Origin: a virus
Lineage: Duplodnaviria > Caudoviricetes
Virus record (IMG/VR): IMGVR_UViG_3300035208_002098
Coordinates: 96,001-160,000 of that record
Length of the DNA stretch: 64,000 nucleotides
Reading direction: 5' to 3' (one strand)
Part shown: positions 1-8,123 of the stretch, piece after piece
How positions within the stretch are numbered: position 1 is the stretch's first letter
How the letters are laid out: every line of letters begins with the position of its first letter
Made by a program: the position numbers and the translations under genes
The notes under the pieces: model-generated
What the model saw: the letters and a program-made list of their open reading frames with translations, nothing else
Told to the model about the DNA's origin: nothing
The model's database searches: none

Positions 1-4
1 TTTG

Positions 5-76
5 AGTCGATAATCAGAATCGAACTGACATCCTCAGTTTGGTAAACTGACGCACTAACCGTTGTGCTATATCGAC
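5..76 (-). tRNA. tRNA-Gly(ACC)
   Basis: Cloverleaf: GTCGATA/TATCGAC acceptor, TCAGT-TTACCAA-ACTGA anticodon arm, U73. Confidence 0.85.
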
Positions 77-78
77 AT

Positions 79-264
79 TTATTTTAAACCATCTTTTATT
101 AAAAATTTTAATTTTAATTTAGCTTTATCGTATTTAGCTTTAGTCTTTTCAAACTCTTCAGATGATACATTATCTTTAAAGTTTTTACTATCTAAACGTT
201 TCTTTAGAAATTCAACATATTTCTCTTCTTGACCTATTAAATCAATTTTTTTATTTTTACCCAT
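79..264 (-). CDS. small basic hypothetical protein
   Basis: 61 aa ORF between tRNAs. Confidence 0.6.
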   Translation of the reverse strand: MGKNKKIDLIGQEEKYVEFLKKRLDSKNFKDNVSSEEFEKTKAKYDKAKLKLKFLIKDGLK

Positions 265-281
265 AATTAAAAATTTTATTG

Positions 282-366
282 AGCCTTCTGTCAGATTCGA
301 ACTGACGTGTCATTTGCATGAACCGGGTTACAAATCCGGTATAATCGACCACTATATGAAGAAGGC
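282..366 (-). tRNA. tRNA-Thr(TGT), long variable arm
   Basis: GCCTTCT/AGAAGGC acceptor, loop TTTGTAA, V-arm TCAT-GCAA-ATGA. Confidence 0.85.
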
Positions 367-367
367 A

Positions 368-432
368 TGGTCGGAGGTAGCTTTTCCCATTCGTTCCGCT
401 TCAAAAGCTTACGGTTAACAATGGTACCCCCG
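368..432 (-). ncRNA. CCA-ended tRNA-like RNA with predicted pseudoknot
   Basis: CGGGGGTA/TACCTCCG stem followed by ACCA; inner hairpin CCATTGTT..CCG/CGGAAC.AATGG; loop GCTTTT pairs with downstream AAAAGC. Confidence 0.5.
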
Positions 433-434
433 TT

Positions 435-511
435 TGGAGCCACAAGAGGGACTCGAACCCCCAACACCCTGATTACAAGTCAGGTACTCTACCAATTAAA
501 GCTATTGTGGC
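435..511 (-). tRNA. tRNA-Thr(TGT)
   Basis: Canonical cloverleaf, loop CTTGTAA, encoded CCA. Confidence 0.93.
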
Positions 512-671
512 AATTATTTTACATCTATAAATTCAATAGATGTTATTTCAGAATTGTTTTGAATAGATTCAAAACTCTCATGTAATGTTTTATTTTTACA
601 CGATTCTAATATTTCACTTAACCAATGAAATGCTGATTTGTCTACTATTATTTTCATATTATGTTTTTTAG

Positions 672-743
672 TGCAGTAATTCGGACTTGAACCGAAAACC
701 CTCTCATTGGAAGTGAGACGCTCTTCATTGGAGCTATTACTGC
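672..743 (-). tRNA. tRNA-Gly(TCC)
   Basis: TCTCA-CTTCCAA-TGAGA anticodon arm. Confidence 0.9.
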
Positions 744-799
744 GTTATTTATTCTAAATCCTATGACATATATTCAATATCATGTTATTATTAATAATT

Positions 800-1063
800 A
801 AATAGATGACCGTAGCCAAGGTTCTGTTTTAATCTAACATTTATCTATATATCATATGATATATCCGGTTTTTCATTCCGGTGCCACTACCTGTCTATCA
901 TCGCAATCTGAGGACCCTTGCTAAGACTAATTTGTGTTGCATCCCATGTTGCAGTGGTATAACGTATAAATTAATATACTTCCACTTCTCAGAGAGATGC
1001 CTTGAACTTCCTCTTCACCACATTTAGTATTATGTGATAAAGCGTTAGAATGCCTGTCTATTT
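800..1063 (-). ncRNA. rnpB: RNase P RNA (compact, ~260 nt)
   Basis: GAGGAAGTTCAAGGC near the 5' end and AACAGAACCTTGGCTA near the 3' end form P4 with compensatory changes; AGATAAATG motif; terminal P1 AAATAGA/TCTATTT. Confidence 0.88.
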
Positions 1064-1064
1064 A

Positions 1065-1552
1065 TTATTTATTATTTTTTAATTGTTCTTTAATTTTATT
1101 ATCCCATAAATTAGTATCACGTAATTTAGTTAATCGTTTACAAAATTCTGATTCAGTTAATACTGTTTCACTTTGTTTATTTTTACCTATTGAATGTGTG
1201 AATACAGCATCATTAGTTGATAACAAATCTTTCTTAAAATTTTCATTAGTAAATAAAGCTTCGTATGCTCTATTTAATAATTCTTGGTATTCTTTAGATT
1301 TTCTCTGGAATGCTTCACCTTTCCACCATAATGTTTGTCCTGTTTTCCAAGCTTTATTACGACCACTACCTCGTTTCTTAGCACCAAACCCAACCAATTT
1401 ACAAACCTCAGCTTGAATAACTCATTCTCGAATTTAAAGGATTGTAATAACCCTTCCATTGATGCACATTCAACACCATCAAATATAAATTGTCTAGCCG
1501 TAAAATTACTTAGTCTACCAGCAACACCTTTATTATTTCCACCTATATCCAT
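1065..1552 (-). pseudogene. NADAR-family (T4 gp30.3-like) gene split by a 1-nt frameshift near 1415-1420
   Basis: ORF 1274-1552 (LSNF...SMEGLLQSFKF) continues in the other frame as IQAEVCKLVGFGAKKRG...TLWWKG...HSIG. Confidence 0.7.
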
Positions 1553-1618
1553 ATCATTATATTTTAATCAAAGTTACTACTTTTTATCTATTAAAACAAG
1601 TAATTAATACTATTTTTG

Positions 1619-1750
1619 TGACCCACGTTTGGAATCGAACCTAACACTTTTAATAAACTCATAAATGATATTTATTAAATTACCGAAGTCTTTTATTTGC
1701 TAGTAATACTCTTCCGAGCCCGTAACGATACCAACAGCAAGACGCAGACC
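1619..1750 (-). ncRNA. tRNA-like RNA with long insert
   Basis: T-loop GGTTCGATTCC, G-U-rich acceptor GGTCTGC/GTGGGTC, no canonical anticodon arm. Confidence 0.4.
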
Positions 1751-1760
1751 AATTTATTTG

Positions 1761-1857
1761 TGGGTCACAGGGGTATCGAACCCCACGTCATCTTATTCAC
1801 ATAAGATTTACCATGTATGTTATACTTTAACTCAACGTCAATCTCAATACGCAGCCC
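1761..1857 (-). ncRNA. tRNA-like RNA
   Basis: T-arm GGGG-TTCGATA-CCCC, acceptor GGGCTGC/GTGACCC, non-canonical core. Confidence 0.4.
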
Positions 1858-1863
1858 ATATTG

Positions 1864-1945
1864 TCCATCCGGTTGGATTCGAACCAACGCAACCCATATT
1901 AAAAGTATGGTGCCTCTCGCTTACGCTCCACTCGGCCACGGATGG
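1864..1945 (-). tRNA. tRNA-Lys(TTT), enlarged D-loop
   Basis: CCATA-CTTTTAA-TATGG; D-loop carries extra GCGTAAGC. Confidence 0.8.
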
Positions 1946-1954
1946 AAATTTTTG

Positions 1955-2039
1955 TGTATCCGGTGGGGCTCGAACCCACGTTGAACATACTGTTCCTACA
2001 TTAAAAGTGTAGAGCCTAAACCAACTCGGCCACAGATAC
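1955..2039 (-). tRNA. tRNA-Lys(TTT), long variable arm
   Basis: CTACA-CTTTTAA-TGTAG; V-arm GAACA-GTA-TGTTC. Confidence 0.85.
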
Positions 2040-2041
2040 AT

Positions 2042-2485
2042 TTATATTATGTCTTTATACCAATTAAATTGTTTAGCAGTTCTTCTCCTATGACAATTGG
2101 CACATCTAACATCACATTTTTTAATTTCTTCTAATATCACACCCCAAGAATACCCAGCATTAACCATATTACCAACACCATCTATTTTATCAACATTATC
2201 TTTATGGTCAAATTCTAATACAATAGGGTCTTTTTCACCACAATCAATACAATATGATTGTGATAGAACATCGAAATATTTTCTTTGGTTTTCTTTTCTA
2301 ATTCGTTTATTTCGTTCACCAATAATTATTTTATGTTTTTCTCTATTATCATTATAATATTCTTTAGATTTAAGATTACTACATTCACGACAAATATTAC
2401 TATGTCCATCTTTACGAGTTTTATTTTTATTAAAATCAGTTAATATCTTGATTTCTTTACATTTAGTACATATTTTAGTTTCCAT
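2042..2485 (-). CDS. HNH homing endonuclease with Zn fingers
   Basis: CxxC pairs, LEFDH...CANCHRRR. Confidence 0.85.
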   Translation of the reverse strand: METKICTKCKEIKILTDFNKNKTRKDGHSNICRECSNLKSKEYYNDNREKHKIIIGERNKRIRKENQRKYFDVLSQSYCIDCGEKDPIVLEFDHKDNVDKIDGVGNMVNAGYSWGVILEEIKKCDVRCANCHRRRTAKQFNWYKDII

Positions 2486-2544
2486 ATTTTTTCATTTAAT
2501 ATAATAAACTTTTAAACAAAAGTAAATGTTAAAAGCTATTGTTG

Positions 2545-2617
2545 TCACCCCAAAGAGACTTGAACTCTTGACTCCGATATTAAAAGTATCGTACTCTACC
2601 AACTGAGTTATGAGGTG
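2545..2617 (-). tRNA. tRNA-Lys(TTT)
   Basis: Canonical cloverleaf, CGATA-CTTTTAA-TATCG. Confidence 0.92.
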
Positions 2618-2705
2618 AAAAAGAAAGATGAATTTAAAGGAGGGATTAAGTTAGAAAAAATCCATCTCTCAAAGGATAACATTATCAGCACAATAATGTC
2701 AAGTG

Positions 2706-2791
2706 TATCGTATGTGGGATTCGAACCCACGAATCGATTACTCGAAGCCAGCTTGAAAAGCTGGTGACCTAGGCCGCTAGTCTAATACGAC
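2706..2791 (-). tRNA. tRNA-Glu(TTC), long variable arm
   Basis: CCAGC-TTTTCAA-GCTGG; V-arm TCGA-GTAA-TCGA. Confidence 0.85.
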
Positions 2792-2800
2792 ATAATATTG

Positions 2801-2872
2801 TAGCCCGTAGGGGAATCGAACCCCTGATTCTAGGTTGAAAACCTAACGACTTAACCGTTTGTCCAACGGGCC
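2801..2872 (-). tRNA. tRNA-Glu(TTC)
   Basis: Canonical cloverleaf. Confidence 0.92.
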
Positions 2873-2896
2873 ATTTAATAAAATTTATTTGATTTG

Positions 2897-2970
2897 TCAC
2901 ACATACCGGATTCGAACCGGTGATTTTTTGGTTGAAAACCAAACGTCCTAGGCCTCTAGACGAATGTGCG
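2897..2970 (-). tRNA. tRNA-Glu(TTC)
   Basis: Canonical cloverleaf. Confidence 0.92.
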
Positions 2971-3027
2971 AAATTGCGAGATAAACTCGCATTATTAAAG
3001 GGCAACCGGGTAGGTCGACATGTATAA

Positions 3028-3378
3028 TTACCCTTTAAAATAAGATGAATTAGCAAATTTAGCTTCTCTTGCAAAATCAGTATCATCGTGAACGTATTGA
3101 TTGAATTCTCTAGATTCTAATTGAACAATTGTTTCAACTTCCATAGTAAACATTAGAATTAATTTATCGTATTCTTCTGTTTTATCTACTGGTTGTATTA
3201 AATTTAAACGAATGTTTGTATCACCGTTATTAGCTTTTTTTAATAAGAATTTTAATTGTTTTAAAGCCTCTTCTTTATAATCGATTAATGCTTGTTGATA
3301 ATCAATTATATGTTGTTGTTTATTAGCTTTAATTTTTTCAATTAAGTCACTTTTGTTTACATTGATAATTCTACTCAT
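3028..3378 (-). CDS. hypothetical protein
   Basis: 116 aa ORF with plausible composition. Confidence 0.75.
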   Translation of the reverse strand: MSRIINVNKSDLIEKIKANKQQHIIDYQQALIDYKEEALKQLKFLLKKANNGDTNIRLNLIQPVDKTEEYDKLILMFTMEVETIVQLESREFNQYVHDDTDFAREAKFANSSYFKG

Positions 3379-3445
3379 AATTTTTATTTTTAATTTATGT
3401 TATTTTAAGAATAACAAAAATATATAATAAATTAAAAGATATCAA

Positions 3446-3844
3446 CTAAAAATTCACTTTTCTTTTATCAGTAACTAAAATATCATCATTTCTATCTAAT
3501 GTAATATATTCTAAATTTACTAATTCAAATTCTTTAAGATGTTCTATAACTTCATTAGCTGTAAATTCACTACAAGAATATATATCAAACTGAAATTTTT
3601 GTGGTGTTTCTGAGTCCCACACATGCATACTGGCATGTGATGTAGCTAAAGTAACAGTACCGGTTACACCTTCATTACCTAAATCATCAACATATACTGA
3701 TGTTGGTCCGGCCACAACTTTCATTCGTACTTTTTCAACTAATATACTTAACCATAAATTTAATTCTTTAACTGTTTTAGGTGCTTTTTTACATTCACCC
3801 TTACAAATAAAGTGTAGGTGATTTGGCTTGAAAATTTCATTCAT
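3446..3844 (-). CDS. S-adenosylmethionine decarboxylase proenzyme-like
   Basis: GVTGTVTLATSHASMHVW...DIYSC matches the SpeD/SpeH pyruvoyl cleavage motif. Confidence 0.8.
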   Translation of the reverse strand: MNEIFKPNHLHFICKGECKKAPKTVKELNLWLSILVEKVRMKVVAGPTSVYVDDLGNEGVTGTVTLATSHASMHVWDSETPQKFQFDIYSCSEFTANEVIEHLKEFELVNLEYITLDRNDDILVTDKRKVNF

Positions 3845-3906
3845 TTATTAAAATTATTACGATAATATTATTTAATAAATAAATATCAAGAAAACCATTA
3901 AAATTG

Positions 3907-3979
3907 TTGCGATAAAAGGATTCGAACCTTTGTTTGCGGTCTCCACGACCACCGTCCTGAACCACTAGACGATACCGCT
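3907..3979 (-). tRNA. atypical tRNA, anticodon TGG (Pro?)
   Basis: Cloverleaf with loop CGTGGAG (G33) and a 1-72 mismatch. Confidence 0.55.
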
Positions 3980-4076
3980 GAAACTCATTAAAATTTAGAC
4001 TGCATTCTTAACTTTTTTGAGATTGCTTAATATAATTCCGATATTTGCAGTTACGGTTTCATATCAAGTAATTTTG

Positions 4077-4157
4077 TGGGGCTGATGGGATTCGAACCCA
4101 CTAAGCGTAGCAGCGGTTTTACAGACCGCCTCAACTCTCCAACGTTGACGCATCCCC
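4077..4157 (-). tRNA. tRNA-Tyr(GTA)
   Basis: GCGGT-CTGTAAA-ACCGC. Confidence 0.88.
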
Positions 4158-4165
4158 AAATAGAG

Positions 4166-4247
4166 TGGGAGTAGTTGGACTCGAACCAACGAAGACCGAA
4201 GTCGAGGGATTTACAGTCCCTTGCAATTGCCGCTATGCGATACTCCC
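4166..4247 (-). tRNA. tRNA-Tyr(GTA)
   Basis: Canonical class II cloverleaf. Confidence 0.93.
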
Positions 4248-4253
4248 AAGTTA

Positions 4254-4392
4254 GAACAGGTTTGTCTTTTTGCGTTCTATTGCTCTACCAACTGAGCTAT
4301 ACCCCCAATATTAATATTTGTGGGGGCAATGGGATTCGAACCACATGACCCATAGATTTACCTAGCTTTTTATTTGCTGAATCAAACCTTTA
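4254..4392 (-). ncRNA. YrlA-like Y RNA (circularly permuted tRNA module)
   Basis: Order is T-arm, acceptor stem closed by a loop (TGCCCCCA..TGGGGGTA), then D-arm; ends pair AGGTTTG/CAAACCT; TTCAGCAA motif. Confidence 0.75.
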
Positions 4393-4397
4393 TCTAG

Positions 4398-4470
4398 TCG
4401 AGTATGCTGGCATCGAACCGACCAAGCGATGCCTCCAATGCACCGCTGCCTAAACCTTGGTCAATACTCG
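4398..4470 (-). tRNA. divergent tRNA-Pro(TGG)
   Basis: CGAGTAT/ATACTCG acceptor, GGTGC-ATTGGAG-GCATC. Confidence 0.7.
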
Positions 4471-4476
4471 TTAAAG

Positions 4477-4547
4477 TTGTCCTACTAAGATTCGAACTTA
4501 GAACAACGGTATCAAAAACCGTTGTGTTACCATTACACCATAGGACA
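4477..4547 (-). tRNA. tRNA-Gln(TTG)
   Basis: Canonical, ACGGT-TTTTGAT-ACCGT. Confidence 0.92.
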
Positions 4548-4562
4548 ATGTTTATTTTTTTG

Positions 4563-4647
4563 CAGACCCCGTAAGACTCGAACTTACAAACCAATTAAAG
4601 GCATTAGATTCAAAATCTAACGTGTTTACCAATTCCACCAGAGGTCT
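4563..4647 (-). tRNA. tRNA with Gln anticodon (TTG) on a Leu-like long-V-arm body
   Basis: D-arm GGTGGAATTGGTAAACAC, TTAGA-TTTTGAA-TCTAA, G73. Confidence 0.8.
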
Positions 4648-4694
4648 AAAATATTTTTTTTATTTTATAATTATATTAAATACCGTATTACTAA

Positions 4695-4895
4695 ATGATA
4701 TTTATTAGTATAATACTTAAAACAATGAAATTAAATTATTCTGATAAAGTTAAATTCCTTAGTGGTGAATACCAAGATAAAATTGGTACTTATGTTGACG
4801 AAAATTCTAGTGCTTTTTTAATTAAACTAGATACCCAATCTATTATTATAATAGTAAGTAAATATAATACTGAAACAATTATAGAAAAAATATAG
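4695..4895 (+). CDS. small hypothetical protein
   Basis: Plus-strand ORF after an ATATTTAT motif. Confidence 0.5.
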   Translation: MIFISIILKTMKLNYSDKVKFLSGEYQDKIGTYVDENSSAFLIKLDTQSIIIIVSKYNTETIIEKI

Positions 4896-4956
4896 AAACA
4901 GGATTGACGTTGTTTCAATTAAAATTTGATTTTGTTTATTGCTGAACCAATCCTTT
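4896..4956 (-). ncRNA. short Y-like RNA with Lys anticodon-loop mimic
   Basis: AGGATTG-GTTCAGCAA ... TCAA-ATTTTAA-TTGA ... CAATCCT-GT. Confidence 0.6.
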
Positions 4957-4965
4957 ATTCTATTG

Positions 4966-5050
4966 TCGAACTAGAGGGATTTGAACCCACAAACTAAGTT
5001 AATTACTCTTAGTACCACCTATGTACAGTATCACCGTAACAGTTAGCTCG
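4966..5050 (-). tRNA. atypical tRNA-Pro(AGG), long variable arm
   Basis: CGAGCTA/TAGTTCG, GTAC-ATAGGTG-GTAC, long variable region. Confidence 0.6.
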
Positions 5051-5056
5051 TTATTG

Positions 5057-5131
5057 TCGGGATGGTGAGATTCGAACTCACGAACCGAAGCTTCCAAGGC
5101 CCCGTTGTATAACCATCTGCATAACATCCCG
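5057..5131 (-). tRNA. tRNA-Pro(TGG)
   Basis: CGGGATG/CATCCCG, GGGGC-CTTGGAA-GCTTC. Confidence 0.88.
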
Positions 5132-5136
5132 TTTAG

Positions 5137-5207
5137 TCGAGTGATTTGGCATTCCACCAAATATACTAGGTCCCGATGACCACTGCACTATACTTGTGCT
5201 ACACTCG
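5137..5207 (-). tRNA. degenerate tRNA (Pro-like acceptor, anticodon uncertain)
   Basis: CGAGTG/CACTCG acceptor; non-canonical T and anticodon loops. Confidence 0.45.
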
Positions 5208-5236
5208 TTATTTTATTCCCAATATGTCAATGAAAA

Positions 5237-5965
5237 TTGGTTTTTGTAAAATATCTAGATATTTATAGATATATACAAATTATTATGATACCATTATACA
5301 CTGAAGAAGAATTTAAAACCGCCAAATCATTTGATGAATTATCATGCCAATGTTTAATTTGTGGTAAAACATTTAAACAAAAAAAATACATTGTAAAAAT
5401 GGCTTTAAGTCCAAAATATGAAAGGACTGGTGATTTTTGTTCACTTACATGTCAACAAAAATCTAATATAAAAAAAGATACATTTAAAATATTTAATTGT
5501 TGTAATTGCAATAAAGAAATTATAAAACAATCGTCAGCCAGTAAACGTCATAAAAATACTTTCTGTTCACATTCATGCTCTACAAAATATTTAAATTCAC
5601 ATAAAACTACCGGTACAAGACGTTCTAAATTAGAAATGTATGTTGAAGAACAACTTACATTACTTTACCCTAATCTAGATATTAAATATAATGATAAATC
5701 AGTTATTAATTCTGAATTAGATATCCACATACCATCACTTAACTTAGCATTCGAACTTAATGGTATATTCCATTATGAACCAATATTCGGTGTTAATAAA
5801 TTAGACCAAATACAAACTAATGATATATCTAAATCAAAAGCCTGTATAGATGCAAAGATTGATTTATGTATAATAGATACATCTGGTCATAAATATGTTA
5901 AACCTAAAACTAGTGAAAAATATCTTAATATTATAATTAAAATTATTAACACTAGATTAGCCTAA
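5237..5965 (+). CDS. Zn-finger + PD-(D/E)xK/Vsr-like putative homing endonuclease
   Basis: Repeated CxxC..FCS..C motifs; ELDIHIPSLNLAFELNGIFHY; paralog of 62643-63329. Confidence 0.8.
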   Translation: MVFVKYLDIYRYIQIIMIPLYTEEEFKTAKSFDELSCQCLICGKTFKQKKYIVKMALSPKYERTGDFCSLTCQQKSNIKKDTFKIFNCCNCNKEIIKQSSASKRHKNTFCSHSCSTKYLNSHKTTGTRRSKLEMYVEEQLTLLYPNLDIKYNDKSVINSELDIHIPSLNLAFELNGIFHYEPIFGVNKLDQIQTNDISKSKACIDAKIDLCIIDTSGHKYVKPKTSEKYLNIIIKIINTRLA

Positions 5966-5980
5966 CTTTTTAAAATTTAT

Positions 5981-5998
5981 CCAATATGTCAATGAACT
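5981..5998 (-). promoter_or_regulatory. boxA-like antitermination site (copies at 5219-5234, 14956-14968, 21342-21359, 54292-54310)
   Basis: AGTTCATTGACATATTGG recurs near the 5' end of each RNA operon. Confidence 0.7.
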
Positions 5999-6042
5999 TG
6001 TTTTTTTAATTCTATGTTTAGTCTATGAATTAATAACGGTCT

Positions 6043-6085
6043 AAAAACAAAAAACCCAATCTACATTTCTGAGGATTGGGTCTTT
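6043..6085 (-). terminator. attenuator terminator, tRNA operon 1
   Basis: AGACCCAATC/GATTGGGTTT hairpin followed by a T tract. Confidence 0.85.
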
Positions 6086-6114
6086 ATATTATTTTGAAAG
6101 AATACTCTAATTCT

Positions 6115-6201
6115 TTACATAAAATTATATAACATACCCAATCCGTTTTGGCCCTCGCCTTTCGGTTGTTTCGTTCCTTGATATGTTGTATACGTTTTCA
6201 T
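6115..6201 (-). CDS. leader peptide 1: MKTYTTYQGTKQPKGEGQNGLGMLYNFM
   Basis: 28 aa ORF between promoter repeat and terminator; codons 2-18 are only K,T,Y,Q,G,P,E. Confidence 0.88.
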   Translation of the reverse strand: MKTYTTYQGTKQPKGEGQNGLGMLYNFM

Positions 6202-6230
6202 TGTTTTAATTTTTATATTTTTAATATTCT

Positions 6231-6318
6231 ATTGTTTGTTTATAAATATACTGCAAAGATATGAAAAGTTTCAATACGAGTCAAGTATTTTCGCATTTAT
6301 TTTCAAATTATTTTTTAA
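6231..6318 (-). promoter_or_regulatory. tRNA-operon promoter repeat, copy 1
   Basis: ACTTGACTCGTATTGAAACTTTTCATATCTTTGCAGTATATTTATAA; TAnnTTTG element; near-identical at 21797-21880 and 54586-54678. Confidence 0.85.
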
Positions 6319-6333
6319 TGTGTTGATTTATAG

Positions 6334-6975
6334 CTATTTAATTTCTTTCATTTTATCTCTTAATATACAAGCTAATTCATATTCTTCATTTTTAACAGCG
6401 TCATCAAGTTGTTCTTGTAGAGATTTTTCTTTAATTGGTTCGATATCTGTTCTACTATCATTAAAATTAAGAATAAATTCTGTTGGGTTATCTAATATTA
6501 ATTCTTCAATAACTAAACCCTTATTTTCTTCTTCTTTCGTTAATTCTCTATGTCTAATTAAAACACCCTCACCAAGCACCCAAGTTTTTTCTTCAAATAA
6601 ACTTTCATCTTTTAAAACAATTTTAACACTTATTGGTTGACCTAATACATTACTTATTTTAGCATCTAATTCCCCATGTGTTATATTTTCTGTTGACCAA
6701 GCTTCAATTTGATTTTGTATTGATAATATCTCTGGTGGTGTCGTATTAAATTGCGACCCGTAGAATTCCATAAGTTTATTTATATATTCTTTATATTTAC
6801 TAGATATATGCTCATCGGTATCACCAGCATCACCACGAAATTTGTTTATATCATCTGGATTTTGGTTATTTGGTGTTTCACCTCGTTTACCAAAATCATG
6901 GAATAAAGGATTTGTATCATCATTACCTTTACCAAAAAACATATTACCAAATAAATCGAAAAAATTTTCATTCAT
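6334..6975 (-). CDS. hypothetical protein with C-terminal UVR motif
   Basis: LQEQLDDAVKNEEYELACILRDKM. Confidence 0.75.
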   Translation of the reverse strand: MNENFFDLFGNMFFGKGNDDTNPLFHDFGKRGETPNNQNPDDINKFRGDAGDTDEHISSKYKEYINKLMEFYGSQFNTTPPEILSIQNQIEAWSTENITHGELDAKISNVLGQPISVKIVLKDESLFEEKTWVLGEGVLIRHRELTKEEENKGLVIEELILDNPTEFILNFNDSRTDIEPIKEKSLQEQLDDAVKNEEYELACILRDKMKEIK

Positions 6976-7035
6976 AATCTATATTTTTAATTATACACAA
7001 ATTTAACACTTTTTTTTTAATTAAACAAGTAAAAC

Positions 7036-7175
7036 TATAGGTTTTTTATAATACCCTCAATAATTTTTTTTGCTTCATCATCAACATCAGACCCCTTTTT
7101 AATATTTTTTCTGTGTGGTATAAACCTCAAATTTTTAATATTCCCAATTGCTTCTGGTGGAATTTGATTCTTAAA
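7036..7175 (-). pseudogene. displaced 3' end of the HNH gene 8124-8612
   Basis: Translates NQIPPEAIGNIKNLRFIPHRKNIKKG...; paralogous to NQIPPEAIAHIDNLRFIYHTKNIKKG. Confidence 0.75.
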
Positions 7176-7932
7176 CTAAGTGTTTCCAACTTTTATATGT
7201 TACAATATTAAATACACTACTTTGTGAAATATTAAACATTTTAACTAACTCTTTTCTACTATAAGTCTTATCGATGTAATATTTTCTCATTAATATTACA
7301 TCACTATCAGTCAATTTTGACATTGAATGATTTTCACCGGTTGAGGCTTCCTTTATTTTATTAATAATATCGTCATTATGTTTTTTACCATACATACCAT
7401 TATTACTACCACTATTTTTATCGCTTATTTTTTCCTTAGTTATTGAATTATGATTCTTCCCTGACATACCAACATGATTAATTTTCATTAACTCAATAGT
7501 ATATTCACTTGCCTTTTTACCATAACATGGGTTTTTTGTACCTGAATATTTTAAACTTAAATCACGTTTGTATTCATCAGAATGAATATGATAACCACTA
7601 ATATATTTATTCCATGGTATAGAACCACATGAAAATCCATCGCCACCATGAGTCATATTTGTTAAATAAAAACCCCATGTTTTAAATTGAGATATCCAAT
7701 ATGTTTCCCAAAATTGCCATTCATTAATATCTACAACATCTATAACTTCTATTATTGGTTCTTTATTTTTATTTAATAATGAATTTACCCAAGCTTTTTT
7801 ATGTGATAAGGTAGAGTTTTTAGATTCGTTAATATGTCTTTCAAATCTAGTTTTAATATCACCGGTTTTACCAACATACCTAACCTGTTTTGTATTTGGG
7901 TCGGTTAAAGTATATATAAATATTTTATTCAT
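7171..7932 (-). CDS. GIY-YIG homing endonuclease with NUMOD3-like repeats
   Basis: FIYTL..RYVGKT..RFERH; GMYGKKH repeats. Confidence 0.88.
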   Translation of the reverse strand: MNKIFIYTLTDPNTKQVRYVGKTGDIKTRFERHINESKNSTLSHKKAWVNSLLNKNKEPIIEVIDVVDINEWQFWETYWISQFKTWGFYLTNMTHGGDGFSCGSIPWNKYISGYHIHSDEYKRDLSLKYSGTKNPCYGKKASEYTIELMKINHVGMSGKNHNSITKEKISDKNSGSNNGMYGKKHNDDIINKIKEASTGENHSMSKLTDSDVILMRKYYIDKTYSRKELVKMFNISQSSVFNIVTYKSWKHLV

Positions 7933-8074
7933 TTGTACTTAACATTTTTATTTCAGAATTTATAAAATTCCTTATTCTCTGACTCATATTAAAACCATTT
8001 TTATTACAAATGGTTTTATACGTTTTATGGGTTTCGTCATCTAACTTCACCAATATTCTTTTATCATTCCTCAT
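7925..8074 (-). CDS. ribbon-helix-helix-like small regulator
   Basis: MRNDKRILVKLDDETHKTYKTICNKNGFNMSQRIRNFI; overlaps the endonuclease start. Confidence 0.6.
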   Translation of the reverse strand: MRNDKRILVKLDDETHKTYKTICNKNGFNMSQRIRNFINSEIKMLSTNE

Positions 8075-8123
8075 CGTATATACGTTTATATATAAATATA
8101 TACTAAATAATAAAAAGGGATGG

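Noticed and set aside
367-4594. ORFs 367-585, 1758-2012, 1844-2041, 2769-3086 and 4394-4594
   Set aside because: They are translations of tRNA genes or their antisense.
6236-6640. Plus-strand ORF and similar shadow ORFs (e.g. 17520, 49274, 58056)
   Set aside because: Antisense to well-supported genes, with no recognisable motifs.
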